Shown: positions 14,321-54,500 of the stretch, in pieces
Numbering within the stretch: the stretch's first letter is position 1
Layout of the letters: each line of letters opens with the position of its first letter
From: Bugula neritina
Lineage: Eukaryota > Animalia > Bryozoa
Reading direction: 5' to 3'
DNA: 64,000 nucleotides
Assembly (NCBI GenBank): GCA_964035545.1
Contig: OZ037766.1
Span: forward strand, 29,700,640 to 29,764,639
Position numbers and translations under genes: made by a program
The notes under the pieces: generated by a model
What the model saw: only the letters and a program-made list of their open reading frames with translations
What the model was told of the DNA's origin: nothing
The model's database searches: none

Positions 14321-17300
14321 TCATAAACTACACATTTCTTCTCTCAGTTCCTTTACAGCCTGCATCATGTTAAACAGCTTCTGATGCAGGCAATCCTTTG
14401 GAAGAAGACCTAGCCCACAATCTGGGGCTAAAATTAGCCTATCTCCTGGCATATAGTTCAACGCTTCTCTAATACGTTCCTGTAAAATTAGTACAACAGT
14501 AAAATATATAGTATATCACCATTAAAAAGCATTTCCATGAGCCAATGGAATGAAATATAGTTGTGAAGAATATCACTAGAGTGGCTCTCTCCTAATGAGG
14601 TTGCATAACAAAATACATTGGAAAGTTGGAATAAAATATTATTACATTTTGTTAAAGCATTATTACTAGTAACCTATGAGTAACTCACATTTATAGTTTT
14701 TGTGTTTTAATGTCCCTTTTCGTTTTGAGAACAGTTGGTGACAAACAAGCTACAACTATGGCCTTTTACCATACTGACAACATAGTTTAAGGATGGTTAC
14801 TGTATGTGGCACAGAAACAGTTATAACTGGTAATACTCCTGGTAATGACGGGTTCCAATCCCTAACCAGTATCATATTGATATGGTCTTTAACCACCAGG
14901 CCACAGCTACTCAACAATAGGCTATAAATAACATTATGCAAAAACTGAATTGATCATACCGTATTATAATACAAATGTGTGCAAATTCTTACAATAAATA
15001 ATCATATAAGTATTGTAGGCCAATATAATATATCTGTGTTATGTAATATTTATTGAATTATAATACAAATTCACCTTAATATAAGATACACTCTCCACTG
15101 CCGATTTACAGACAGCTATCACACCCAACATAATTCTTGTGTCTTTGTACCTGCAAAGCAGCATAAGTGTTAATCTTAAGCAACAATAATTATAACAGAC
15201 ATACAACTAGACCAAAGTATAAACATATGGTTGTTATATATGGCATTCTATGCAGCTGCAATAAACCAGGTAAAGCTTCGTATCTGAGCATGTGCTCTAC
15301 TTAGCAACAGCAGTTCTCAAACAGCTTATTCAACTGACCTTGACAAGACCTCAAGGTCAAGGTTACAGTGAGCTCCTTCTATGGATATAGCAGAGGCTCC
15401 CATCTTGTCCAGTTTCCCGGCTAGGATTGTGTAGACTTCAGGATTTGCTTTCTGGTAGTCAGTTTGATCTAGTGAGTCGGGGTAACCACAGCAGATGTGA
15501 ACAGTGCTACAGGATATACAGTAAAGTGTTTTAGAATATACTGCATAGTAATACAGAATATACGGTATAGTAATACAGAGTATATGGTACATTGCTACAG
15601 CATATATACGGTATATTAATACAAAATATACAGTATAGTGCTACAGAATATACAGTATAATAATACAGAATATACGATATAGTAATACATAATATACAGT
15701 ATAGTAATACAGAATATACGGTATAGTAATACAGAGTATATGGTACAATGCTACAGCATATATACGGTATATTAATACAAAATATACAGTATAGTGCTAC
15801 ATAATATACAGTATAATAATACAGAATATACGATATAGTAATACATAATATACAGTATAGTAATACAGAATATACGGTATATAATAATACAGAATATACA
15901 ACATAGTGCTACAGAATATACAGTATGGTAATACAGAATATACAGTATAATATTACAGAATATACAGTATAGTATTACAGAATATACAGTATAGTATTAC
16001 AGAATATACAGTATAGTATTACAGAATATACAGTATAAAATAATACAGAATATACAGTATAGTATTACAGACTATACAGTATAATACTACATAATATACT
16101 GTATAGTAATACAGAATATACAGTATAGTATTACAGAATATACAGTATAGTATTACAGAATATACAGTATAGTATTACAGAATATACAGTATAAAATAAT
16201 ACAGAATATACAGTATAGTATTACAGACTATACAGTATAATACTACAGAATATACAGTATAGTAATACAGAATATACAGTATAGTATTACAGAATATACG
16301 ATATAGTAATACATAATATAAAGTATAGTAATACATAATATACAGTATAGTAATACAGAATATACAACATAGTGCTACAGAATATACAGTATGGTAATAC
16401 AGAATATACAGTATATAATAATACAGAATATACAGTATAGTATAATACATAATATACAGTATAGTAATACATAATATACAGTATAGTAATACAGAATATA
16501 CGGTATATAATAATACAGAATATACAACATAGTGCTACAGAATATACAGTATGGTAATACAGAATATACAGTATAATATTACAGAATATACAGTGTAGTA
16601 TTACAGAATATACAGTATAGTATTACAGAATATACAGTATAGTATTACAGAATATACAGTATAAAATAATACAGAATATACAGTATAGTATTACAGACTA
16701 TACAGTATAATACTACAGAATATACAGTATAGTATTACAGAATATACAGTATAAAATAATACAGAATATACAGTATAGTATTACAGACTATACAGTATAA
16801 TACTACAGAATATACAGTATAGTAATACAGAATATACAGTATAGTATTACAGAATATACGATATAGTAATACATAATATAAAGTATAGTAATACATAATA
16901 TACAGTATAGTAATACAGAATATACAACATAGTGCTACAGAATATACAGTATGGTAATACAGAATATACAGTATATAATAATACAGAATATACAGTATAG
17001 TATAATACATAATATACAGTATAGTAATACATAATATACAGTATAGTAATACAGAATATATGGTATATAATAATACAGAATATACAACATAGTGCAACAG
17101 AATATACAGTATAGTATTACAGAATATACAGTATAGTATTACAGAATATACAGTATAGTATTACAGAATATACAGTATAAAATAATACAGAATATACAGT
17201 ATAGTATTACAGACTATACAGTATAATACTACAGAATATACAGTATAGTATTACAGAATATACAGTATAAAATAATACAGAATATACAGTATAGTATTAC

Positions 17301-20300
17301 AGACTATACAGTATAATACTACATAATATACAGTATAGTAATACAGAATATACAGTATAGTATTACAGAATATACGATATAGTAATACATAATATAAAGT
17401 ATAGTAATACATAATATACAGTATAGTAATACAGAATATACAACATAGTGCTACAGAATATACAGTATGGTAATACAGAATATACAGTATATAATAATAC
17501 AGAATATACAGTATAGTATAATACATAATATACAGTATAGTAATACATAATATACAGTATATAGTAATACAGAATATATGGTATATAATAATACAGAATA
17601 TACAACATAGTGCTACAGAATATACAGTATGGTAATACAGAATATACAGTATATAATAATACAGAATATACAATATAGTATTACAGAATATACAGTATAT
17701 AGTATTACAGAATATACAAGGCAGAAAATATGCATAATATTACATATAAACCTGAATACATCCTCTGGCATAGTCTTTAATACTGAAGAGAGAATTTCTA
17801 TTCCATATTCTAGAGCTTCAGAGGGTTTCCTTGCAAAAACTGGCTCATCAATCTGAATGAACTTACAGCCTCTCTTTACCAACTCTGAAATTTCTGTCTT
17901 CAGACATTCAGCCAGATTCAAACATGACTCTTTTTCAGTTTTAAAAAATCTGCAGGAAAATAAATAAACTTATATTATTTATGACATACAGTTTTCACAA
18001 TCTTCACACATTTTACACTCTGGTTGGTCATATTCAGTAGCAAAACAGAAACTCAAATGTAAATAAACATACTATCAAAAAGCTAGCCACTTGTACAACT
18101 AGAAGAACTGAATACTCAGATGTAGCTAATAAAAAGACAACCGAACTAGCTTGCATATTCTGCACTGAAGTTTTTATACATAAGATATTAAATAGTATTT
18201 TAAGCTATTTGTTACCACATGTAACAAAATTATAGTGTCCGTTAGTAAAATGCACTGTTATTACAAGATAAAAAGCATATTAGATGATTAAATATACTGA
18301 CAAGGCCATTGTCAGATTGTGATTGAAAAATTGTATTTCCATTTCCCCACTCTTGTAGATGGTACTTGGTTAAATTACCTACCATACCTTCTGCCAGTAG
18401 TGTTGGTGATTGTCATTGGTCCAGGCATGGTGACTTTCAGTGGTGTATCAGTCAACTTCTGGCAATTCTCCCAAATGTCTGCTACAAACCCAACCTTTTC
18501 TTCCTTCACTTTGACAGGACCTGGTGCAACCAGTAACAGCACAGGAGATAGTTTATAATGTTATTTGGGTGCATATGCCCGTATTTTTTCTTAGAAAAAA
18601 GAAATGAATATAAAAACTCAGTGATTATATAATATCACAGCATTATGTTACGTTGGTTGAATATGCTTGATCGAAAAACTCAATTCCTACTTTCAAAATA
18701 AAACATTTTATGTAAAACATTAAAACAGTGTCATGTGAATTTTCTTTGGCCTCAATGTTAAAATTTTCTTAACATTCAAAGCACCAGTTGTGGACATTTG
18801 AAATGATAGTTTAACCAAGTTTCCTTGATAAGTGAGATTTTGCAATCATAGCATGATGTCCAAACACATACCTGTAATCAGTGGCAGCACTCCGTGACAC
18901 GCCCCATTTCTGAAAGGGATTGTTTCAGCATTACTAAAGTCTACATTTTCACAGTGACGTAGAAAGTGGAAGATGTAAGTATCTCTGTAGATTTCTCCGT
19001 CAGTGATAACATCTATTCCATAAGACACTTGTTTGTCTATCGTCTGCAACAATATTCACACTGTCTAGTCTGCAACAATTATATAGTATAAAGCGGTGTT
19101 GGGCAAGAATAGCAAATTTCAATATTAAGGCTCGGTGTGGGGGTTGAGAGTTTGGAATGAGGGGTATAGGTTTAGGGATGAGGGTTTGATCAGGATTGGG
19201 AGTTTAGAAAAATTTCACATCTGTGTGCCATTTTTATCTTCTTTTCCATTTGTGCCATTTTTATCTGTACCATTATTACCTGTACCATTATTACCTGTAC
19301 CATTTTTACCTGTGCCATTTTTACCCAGAATCAGTAGAGCACACTACTTACCTTCAAGCTGAAGGAATCAAATGCATTTATGTCAGTTATCATAATTAAG
19401 TGAAGTAAAAAGAACACAGAGAGAAATATTAGTGCAGCTCGTGCACTAAAGTTGTTCGCAGCGCCTTTTATTGTCGTTATAGCCTGCACTACACCTCTAA
19501 TAGTTGTTAGACCTGCACTTATTTTGATAAAATTGAAAATTCATCAGATTAGTGTAAGCTGAACAATATTTGGTTGTAGCTCTGAAACCACTTAGTTGTT
19601 CAGTCAACACTACTTTTCACTATTATTATGTAACCATCATCACTAGATCTGAATGAGGCTGACCGGTGGTTGATGGGAGCAGAAAGTGAGATCAATGCTA
19701 CAACTAATTAATATATATATTCAAACAAAATTTTATTTACATAAGAATTATGGAACCATTGGCAGTTGTTCACCTAACAACATTATTCGTTCACATGTGC
19801 ACTAATGATGATCACAAAGCTTTATAGGAATTGCTAGGATGGAGTGCACACTCAAGTTGAACCCTACATTTGGGTCAATCCAAATAGTGCTTCCCAGTTA
19901 GATGCCATTTATACATTTTACGCGCAATTTATTTGAATACTATTGAAATATATGTATATTTAAATAAATTTAAAATATTTTCAAATAGCTTGCTACCAGA
20001 CTGATATTAAACATTGCCCCACCCTGTTTATCAAAAACTAAGGCTGCAGTTGAATTTATTAACAAAAAAATTCCAACTGCACATATCTCTTCCATGGGCA
20101 GTTTAGGCTTCACTAGTCAATTCCATTCATGGAAAGGAAAGCCAACTAATTTAAAATGTGTGTAAAAGAGAGATCAGGGAGATGCACCATTAAACTCCAA
20201 TGTACTCAGTTATTAGCAAATGTGTTTCAAACAAGAAGCCTAAAATTAACAATGAAACAAGCCACTGAATAGTCTGATCAGGGGAACCACTTCAAAAGCC

Positions 20301-23004
20301 TAAGTAAGTTGTGTAAGCTATCTGCTGGAACAAAAGAAAATGTTGCATAACAGAGCTATAGTACAGAAATATTTAAATTGTAATTCAATGGGGAGAACCT
20401 GGCTTACCAAGCAATGACAGAGCATAGCAATTGTTATTACATAACAGCACATAGTTTTCAGTCAGGTCTATTGACAGAAGAAATATTCTGCCGGCATAGT
20501 GAACACCAGAAGCTCAGACTAAGAGGTTGTGCTTTGAGATTCAGTAAATTTGTGCTTCCAAACAACCTCACAACATGGAAGACATTGAATCATTAATTTT
20601 AATCAGATGGGTAAAGATTGCAGTTACCTCTTAGAGATAGAAGATGATCACTTTCTTTCAGGGTTTGGAACTGAAGTCATTGCAGCAAAAGGTAAGCTCA
20701 ATCATTTGATATCACAATGACAGTATGACTATTGCTGTAGACAGTTAATTAATTTTGTGCAACTATAACTTTGAAGACCACATTGACTGATATTTCCCAA
20801 AACTACTCTATTCTTACAACAATTTGATTCGAGTTTTCCTGTAACCATCTATTTCCAAAAAATTAGCGTTTATTTCCACTTCACCTTCTAGCAATTTGTG
20901 CTAAATTCACTAATTTGAATTCCCCCCCCCCATTGTAGAAGTATTGTTAATAATGCAGTTAAGCAGCCTACAAGTAGTTATCGGCCTTAAGCAGCTGCCA
21001 AGTTGAGTGAGTGAAGTTAGCTTCTTGTTTTATACTTTATAGCTAAGTACCAAAATGAAAATGTCAAAATTAGTGGTGAGTTGGCAAAGTTGATAAATAC
21101 AAAACAATTTTTATAAACTTCCGCACCACCAGTTTATCCTTTTATTTATCTTTGCACAGCACAACTAAATATAAAAACATGTTTAAGTAGCAATATTTTT
21201 CTTGGTAGTACTTTATTTGTTGTTTAATTTATAGACATACTGAAACTTATCTGTTATCTCAATATGAGGGGTCTATATAAAATGCTGACTCTAGCTTAAA
21301 TTGTGGTTCTCTGACATTTTGAGATATTTTGCAGAGAAGCTTCTATTAACTAAACTAATTATGCCCAACAGCTCTTGCATTTGTAATTAAGAAAGAAGTA
21401 AAATAAAATGATCCAAAATTGTTACTAAATTTCGATAAGCTCAAACTGACCCAAACACTACGCAACATAATGATCATAAGTTTGCCAAAGCCTGTACAGT
21501 TATTCAGTTATTATGATGACACTGAAATTATGCTGAGAGATTTATAGCTAGCGTTGTTGATACTATTAGTTTTGGCCTTAGACTTCAGCTTCTACAAAGT
21601 TGAACTTAATTTATTTACGTTGCTTGTGATTGTATATCTTAACGCATTTTTACTGTTCATACTAATACGAGTTTAAATTTTAAACAACTTTTACCTTTTG
21701 TTGTAGATCCCATAACATTTTTCAAGAACATGCACTTAAAGATGCTGAATAGGAGCACAAAAAAGAATTTGACCGCCATCACTACACCTCACCCACTTCT
21801 CAAGAACTCAGCTGCCATTTTTATACTACTCTTTCAGACTTCCCTGGCCACTCAACTCCTCTTGGAGTACTACCACACTTTACTAACCGCTGAAATTAGT
21901 TGTAAAATTTTCCCCTCCCCCTCCCGTACTTGGGTTCCTATCACAGACCTCGGACTTGCACACAGGTGTGTTAACCATTACACACCACAACTGCTTGTTT
22001 ATCGCTACACTACAGAGCAAAAATGTAATGACAGACACTATGGTCTTAGCAGGTTCTGCTAATATTGAGAAAAGTTAACTGAATTTAAAGTCGTAGAAAA
22101 ATTCTGCAAATGTTCATTAATTTTTAAAAGTTAATTTTGTTGCATTTCTTATATTCAACTATTATATACAATAAAATCCACATTACTATACTCTCATACT
22201 GGTTAGAAGTTATAACAAGTTAGTTCAGAATGATCAGAAATAATTTTTTGCAGAAGCTTATTTCCAACAAACATTAGAGCAGCATGGAACATTTATAAGT
22301 TCAGCATTGAATATAACTTAGTAAAACATTGAGCATAACTAAGATCACCATTGAACATAAATAAGATCAACACTGAACATATATTAGATAACCACTGAAC
22401 TTATATTAGATCACTATTGAACATAACTTGGCTCATTGTGATAAATACAAAGAATCAACTTCACAACTCTTTATATCACCATTGATCTAACATACTATTC
22501 ACTGTGAACAGTACCTGGCACTAATTTCTATTCACTGCTGGTCAATTTAGGGATCCAAAAAACGAGAGGTTTTAGTTGTCAGCTAATGTTCACTCTAACA
22601 CTAATATTTCTCTCTGTGAAAGAACTAATAGCTTAAGTGCAGAAATCAATGCAATTGTTTGAACAAATTAGTGATGACTGTTTTATGACTTAAAATACAA
22701 AAGTACTTTTAGTGGGACTTGACGTGTAAACCAAACAAATAATTGCTACAATCCAGAAAGCTGTAGCCCACATTCCAAATCTGATCAGATAACTCCTTGT
22801 AGTATGGCGATAAATCACCTCTTTTTGTGCCTTTTCCATGACTTGATTGAGTTCTTCTTTCTCCAACTTAGAAAGGCTGTTCATATATTCCTCATAAGGT
22901 CTTGCAGTGAACTGACCTTTGCCCTCTTTGTACCAGACAGGTGTAGGGAGGTAATCTGGTTTGGGATACACCCCTACCACTGATGTAGCTAAGTACTTGT
23001 CCAT
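14321..23004 (-). CDS. Single-domain MetE-like protein, copy B, 363 aa (tandem paralog)
   Basis: Exons 23004-22819, 19043-18872, 18520-18388, 17949-17752, 15506-15339, 15150-15075, 14479-14321. Exons 1-6 have the same lengths and phases as copy A. HICCG, SIE and PDCG are intact. Confidence 0.93.
15507..17720. repeat. ~22-bp minisatellite (TATACAGTATAGTATTACAGAA) filling intron 4 of MetE-like copy B, with ~520-560 bp higher-order periodicity
   Basis: Direct inspection. Near-identical spurious ORFs recur at 16175, 16735 and 17251. Confidence 0.95.
19130..19326. repeat. G-rich tract followed by ~15-bp tandem repeat (CTGTGCCATTTTTAT/C); probable transposon-derived repeat
   Basis: GGGGTTGAGAGTTTGG..GGTTTAGGG tract followed by ~6 copies of a 15-mer. 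Confidence 0.6.
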
Positions 23005-23802
23005 CTTATCTGCAGTCAGTGGAAGAAAAGACAGTGCAACAGACTGAAAAGTAACAGAAGGCAAGTATTATGAATAATATAGAAAATAATAACTCCCAGA
23101 TACTGTAAACATGGATCTATTCACCTCTAGCCTTATCTAGGCATATATGGTAAACAAGCCAATAACAAAGCACTTTATAGACCGTATGCATAAAAAGAAA
23201 TTTTAGTGATTGCAATTAAAGCATTTCTACACTTGCTACAGTTGTACAGGAAGTGGTGGGCTACTCATAAGCACATTAATATGTTGTATAGTGATATTTT
23301 GTTGTTACTCAATAGAATAGATAGATGCTTGACCTAGAATACCCATCTAGCAATGGATCATATTTACTCTATTACTCTAAGATAAGACTGTGATAATAGT
23401 AAAGTTTATGCTCTGCCCATTTAATAAATTATGAAAATGACACAATAGCTAATTTGCTTCCTAAATAGTGAGCTTGATATAATATAAAGAAATAGAGTAA
23501 CTAATGACTATAATGACATAAATAATATATTATAAAAAAAGCAGGAATACTCATTGTCCGGCAGCAAGACACATAGAAATTATTAACTCACCGTGAGATT
23601 AAAGGGCAGTTATGATAGAATGTAAAATCTTTCAGGTGTGATAGGCTTTGCAGTTCAACTCAAAATGATATGATTGTAATGTTTCATAGGCTATTACACC
23701 TATGCTGCCAATAAACATGCCTGGATCACTGATGCTAGTTTTAGGGCGCTATTGTATATACCCATGCTGCCAATAAAAAACTCCTGACAACTGTCACCCA
23801 TC

Positions 23803-23900
23803 ATAGTAGGATATTGATATAGTCTTAGTAGGATATTGATATAATCATAGTAGTATATTGATATAATCATAGTAGTATATTGATATAATCATAGTAGTAT
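23803..23900. repeat. 22-bp tandem repeat (~4 copies)
   Basis: CATAGTAGTATATTGATATAAT units. Confidence 0.85.
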
Positions 23901-24356
23901 TTGCTATTAGAGTGTAGTGACCCAATAACCCTATTCTCATGAGTGTCTAGCCATTAAACTATGCAATATATAAACAATGTCAACATCTGGGTCCTATACA
24001 CAGTGTGTCTTTACCAAGTAAACTCATCAGCTATAACTGCTAGTATAACATAAGTAACTCAGTATATATAGTATTGGAAGAAGTTTATTAATCAGCTCTC
24101 CCACTCAACACAACCTACATACAATGGCTAGCATACCATGGGTTAAATCTCAGCACCACTCAAAAATTGAGTATAAATATTACAATAGGAAAATATACAT
24201 AATTATCATTAGCAAAGAACATGGACATAGATTAAATCGCTTATATACTGTAGCAGTAATTTTTATACATGCATGGCTGAATAGTTTATGAATTTGACGT
24301 TCTGACTGAATGGCTTCAGCAAAGTAGACTGAGTCCTAAGTCACCATAGAGTGAGG

Positions 24357-29739
<5,383 letters not shown>

Positions 29740-31841
29740 TTACATTCTAGCTTCGTTTAATACACAGTAGAAAAACTATTGACTGAGCATCAGGTAAACT
29801 AAGTAACCTCCACACCTGTAATAAATAGATTTGTTTTGTAGAAAACAAAAAACTACAATCTATGCAACTAATAATAATAATAAGTGTGTAGCTAGACTTC
29901 TAACAAAATTATTATTCTATGCCATAGGCTACGATAAAAATTTAATGTTAAGCTTCTATACAATAGAAAAAAGACTATTTTGTTACTGTAAGACCATTAC
30001 TCACTATTGCAGATATTATAAAAAAACATCACCTAGAATACAAAAACATAAAAAAGGCTAATATAAATATTAATAGTTAAATTAAAAAATCACTTAATTT
30101 TAAACTTAATGCAAGTCTTTAGTAATAGTTAAATAGTGTTAAAAAAAATGTTATAATTATAGTTATAGTTATATTTTTTTGTCAATAGTGATACTGTTAA
30201 GTAATATTTTGTTGTGACTTGAAGTTAATCTTATGGCATTCAATAGCTGCACTTGTAGTTATTGATTATCATTATGAATTTCATTTAATTTATGATTGAA
30301 AATCAAAATGACTGTAAAACTTGAACTAAACCAAAATGCACATAAAACTACAACTACAAGTGCAAGTTAAAGTACAAATTAAAGTTGGAATTTACTACAA
30401 ACTAAAACTAAAAGCTCAAAGGCCAAGAAGCAAAGGCTGATAGTAATACTAACTGTGAAGTCTGAGTTGAAGTTGTAGACAGTATGCTATGAGTAATGCA
30501 GCTGCAAACTGAAACTTCAACTTGTACTTGCAGTAGAGTAGTAGTAGAACTACTACTAGAACTTTAACTAGAAGTAGTAATAGTACACTTGCAGTACTAG
30601 TTCACTCACTACCAGTAGTACTCACTGAGTAGTAGCAGTACTAGTTTAAGTTGTATTACTACTAATATTTATATTACTACTTCAACTTCTTATGAAATTG
30701 AAAATAAAAATTTAGACTATCAGCTATCATTATTAGTATCAGTATCGCCATGAGTATGAGATCAAGTATGAGTATGATTATCAGTATGACTATGAGTATG
30801 ATATTGAGTATCAGTATGAGTGAATCAGAATGATTATCACTATCAATATTATTCTTTAGGTTAAAATTAACCTACACTACGGCAAAACTACATAACAAAC
30901 AATCAACATAACAATATTTATACATCATTGATAAGTTATTAAATTACCAAGGCAGCTATGTAGGTCTACTAATAGTAGTAGATCTACCACTGTCTACTAA
31001 TAGTAATAGTAGTTACTACTAATAGTAAGTGCAACAGGAAACTTGAAAACTTGTTGCCGGAAAAAGCGCATTCAGGTACAAATATTATTCACGATTTTTT
31101 TTAAACTAAAATAATGCATCAAGAAAAATTTTTTTCAAAATTTTAAATAAATTTTTTTTAGCAAATTATTATTTTTTGCTAAACTTATAAAACACGAAAC
31201 AATCCAAAAAAGTATGTCCCAGCGGTAAATTTAAAAGAGCGCAAGCGCATCGTTATGGTAAACAACATTGCTTCCTTTTGATTCAGTATGCACCGTTCAA
31301 ATTTATTCTTTACAGGTATTATGCTTACAGTTACTAGTATATTTTTACTTTGTTACATCAGAATAAACAAAAAATAATAAATTAGCAACATCTGAGTTTG
31401 TGTTTTATGTTCTCATTATAAAACCTCAACTGATTTTGACCCCAAATGAGCTAATATAACAAATAATTGAATTAACTTTAAGATTCCGATAGACGGATAG
31501 AGCTGTAGAGTTAGACGATAGTCATAAGTCTGTCATAGTGATATTTCTACTCATACTGATAATGAGAATCAAAATGAAAATTACTCAATCACATCGATAT
31601 TGAGTATCGTTATGATTATGAGCTAGACTTGAAACACGAGTAGCTATGTTTGTTATAAAATTTAATCAAAATTAATTAATCTAATTTAACTTGTAAGTAA
31701 TTGAAATTGTATTGAAAGTTGAAGGTTGTTAAAACCTGATAGAATGCATTTGAAGTTAATCAAATATATAATTTTTCATTATGTGATCTTTTTTAAATAG
31801 AGTTGGATGGTGATAAAATTAAAGTTATAAAACCATGAGAA

Positions 31842-51532
<19,691 letters not shown>

Positions 51533-54500
51533 TTAGAAAGCATTTATTTATTTTCATGATCTGCATATTTATATCTCTACTTGAGCCGTCTACAAATCAC
51601 TTTAATGACTCAGAAACATGACTTCATTCATCTGATTGTAAATTTAATATTTATTATTTCACATAATATTCATTAGATTATATTCAGCCTTTGGTTATGT
51701 TGTGTTGAGTATATTGAGTGACACATTAAATTTTCTCTGAAGTTTATTTGAAAGCCGATTTGCAGTTGATGAGTTGAACAGTTACGATCTTGACAAGCTT
51801 TTTATATATTATTTATGCTGATGTTTGTATCATCATGCAGCTTAGCAAATTTTCTGTCTTCCAACCTGAAAATAGCCAAGAAGAATATTATTTTCTTTTG
51901 ACATTTATATTGTGAAAACTGTCAGGTGCTTTACTGAATAAAATTTTAGAATTAATATTTTATGTTGCAAAGTAGAGTAATCGTAGAATTTATTACTGTG
52001 TTTGTAATCGTTGATAGTTTGAATCAATTACTATTCTGTTTGTTAGGACATGTTTTATTTATTGTAAATAAATCTGCTTTACTCTCTACATGTATTATAG
52101 AATTATATATATCACTAGCAGTTTCTGTTGTGTTGATTGGCTGAATTTATTTTTTGCCCATGAAGTGTTTAGTGTACCAAAGTTGTATTCCCTTTTTTTA
52201 ACCTGTCATGGTAATACTTTAAGTATATTTTAGTTACCTCTATAGCATTAAACAATGCATATAGTTTGATGTTTAAATGTGTTGAACTTAGCTTTTATAT
52301 TTAATAAATGCCACCCAATGTCAATATAACTCAATGCCCTATATTTTTCTGTGTGTTGTGTTCCTGAATAATACATCGCTGTCCATGAGAAGGCAATTTC
52401 TAAACAAAAATTATCAAAATAACCTTTAAGCTCTGCCGTAACTGATAATATAGTTTTAGTGTAATCCGAATTATTACCAGGATCCATGATAGACAGTTTT
52501 ATCACAAAAATTAGGATCAACTTTCGCAAAGAAATTAGATGATTCCAAAGGTTATTAGTCTTCAGCAGTTAACCTAATCCCCTCCTACATAAATAGTTAT
52601 GCATATTATAGGGATAATTAGGCGTATTATAAAAAATAAACCATCTGTAATACCTGAAAACAGTTTAATGTCATTAGCCAATATGAGAACTACTTTGTTT
52701 TGCTATGCTATATAGAACGTATTTTACAGATTACAAAACAGCTATACACATTAGAATCTGTAGGTTTTATGAAGATTTTAGGAAATTGATGTGAAAAAGT
52801 GGCAGTGCAGACAAATAAAGCTGCTTATACTACTTAAAAACAGTAGAATTCAATATAGCAGACAAAAACATGCACACAAGTGGCTAAAACTATGTTTTGA
52901 AGTGGTGCGGTAAAGAAAGTTATTGTTTTGTTTGCAGTTGACTTAACATGTTAACATATATCTTTTTATTAAATGTTAAAAATTTCCTCCATGTTTATTT
53001 GCCGAATATGAATCAATTTGGAGAGAAATAAACTATAGGAATGCTTCACTATAGTATGACATAGAACTTAATCAGGTAGTGTCAATAAAAACTTATAACA
53101 AGTGTTGGTAACAGGTCAGTCTAGATAAGTTTAGCAAAACAAAATAAGCTGGCAATTTTCCTAACAGCTGCCATATAGAGTCTGCATTGCTCAGCCTAAA
53201 TGGCATATAATTTTTATTTCTAATATTTTATATCAATGAAAACTTAGTAATATTACAATTGCATGCTTATTGGATATAGCATTGCGCTCAGTTGAAGCAA
53301 ATCTATGTTACGTGATATAATGCCACTGGAGAAATGTGCTGTAATGCTATTCCATATTAATTGTTATAGAATTTTAGACTTGATGTGTTACAAGTTATCT
53401 ATATATTATATTCTAGTATTTGTTATAGTCTCTGTTAGTTATTAATTGCTATGTCTTGCCAATCCCAAGGACGTGTTAAGGAGAGATTATCTTTGCTTTA
53501 GCCAATCACCTTGTTGGTAATAATAATTTTATATCTTTTGACATCATATATGGCAGTTTTTTAACATTTCAAAGCATTGTCTTTGAAAATAATCTTAAAA
53601 TTGAATACTAGTTAGCACTTAGCCCAAGAAACAAATAAAAATACCTTAAGAACTACTGGACTAAACTACATGTAATGTTGAATCATGGCTTAAACATGCT
53701 TTAAACAGATGTAAATTAATTGAAATATTACACATGATTATTTTCAGTAATAAACATACAATTATATGCTATTCTATTAATTTTTATTGTAAATTATTTT
53801 TTATAAATGCATTATCTGATTTAAACCAGCCCTGCATTATTAATCTATTGTAATTATCTTGTAATGGGAATTATAATATTATTTTGTAAACTAAGTTGTC
53901 CAATTGCAAAATTCTCATTATATATTTACAGATGTTATAAAAAATACTGATATACTTTGCTTGTCAATGTGACACTCGATCATTGATTTAGAATTTATTA
54001 TCATTTGTCAGAGACTAGAGATCATTAGCTGCTGATCTTCATGTCATTATGGTCTATATCTCAGATTATGAACCGAAATAACTTTGTTAATCTGCCAGAT
54101 TACAAGATTATCAAATGTTTTTGTTAGTTAAAAATTATTTTGGTTAAGCAAATTTGAGTATAAAAACAAAATTTATGCAAATAAATGGCACACTTGTGTT
54201 ACATCTCTCCATCTCATAGAACTTGGTGTATCAAGAGGTAATGAATATTAACTTATAATGTTTGGTTTGCATAGTTTTAGAGCAATAATTGTTCTATAAT
54301 GTATAGCACTATATTATAGTTTAAATATCTACAATAATGTTAAGTTTAATTTTCAAATACTGTGTTTTAGTTTTTTTTAAAATAATACAAACATTTTTGC
54401 TCAGAAGCAAGTCATTTAAATGGAAGTAAACAAGTTTGTATATTATAAATCTACAATTGTAACATACCCGTAAAGCAATAAAATGTAATGTAAATATTAG

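Noticed and set aside
16175-17673. Multiple Tyr/Ile/Leu-rich ORFs
   Set aside because: They are translations of the intronic 22-bp minisatellite.
6974-23004. Bacterial contamination as the source of the MetE-like genes
   Set aside because: Both copies have six spliceosomal introns, host-like base composition and animal genes on both sides.
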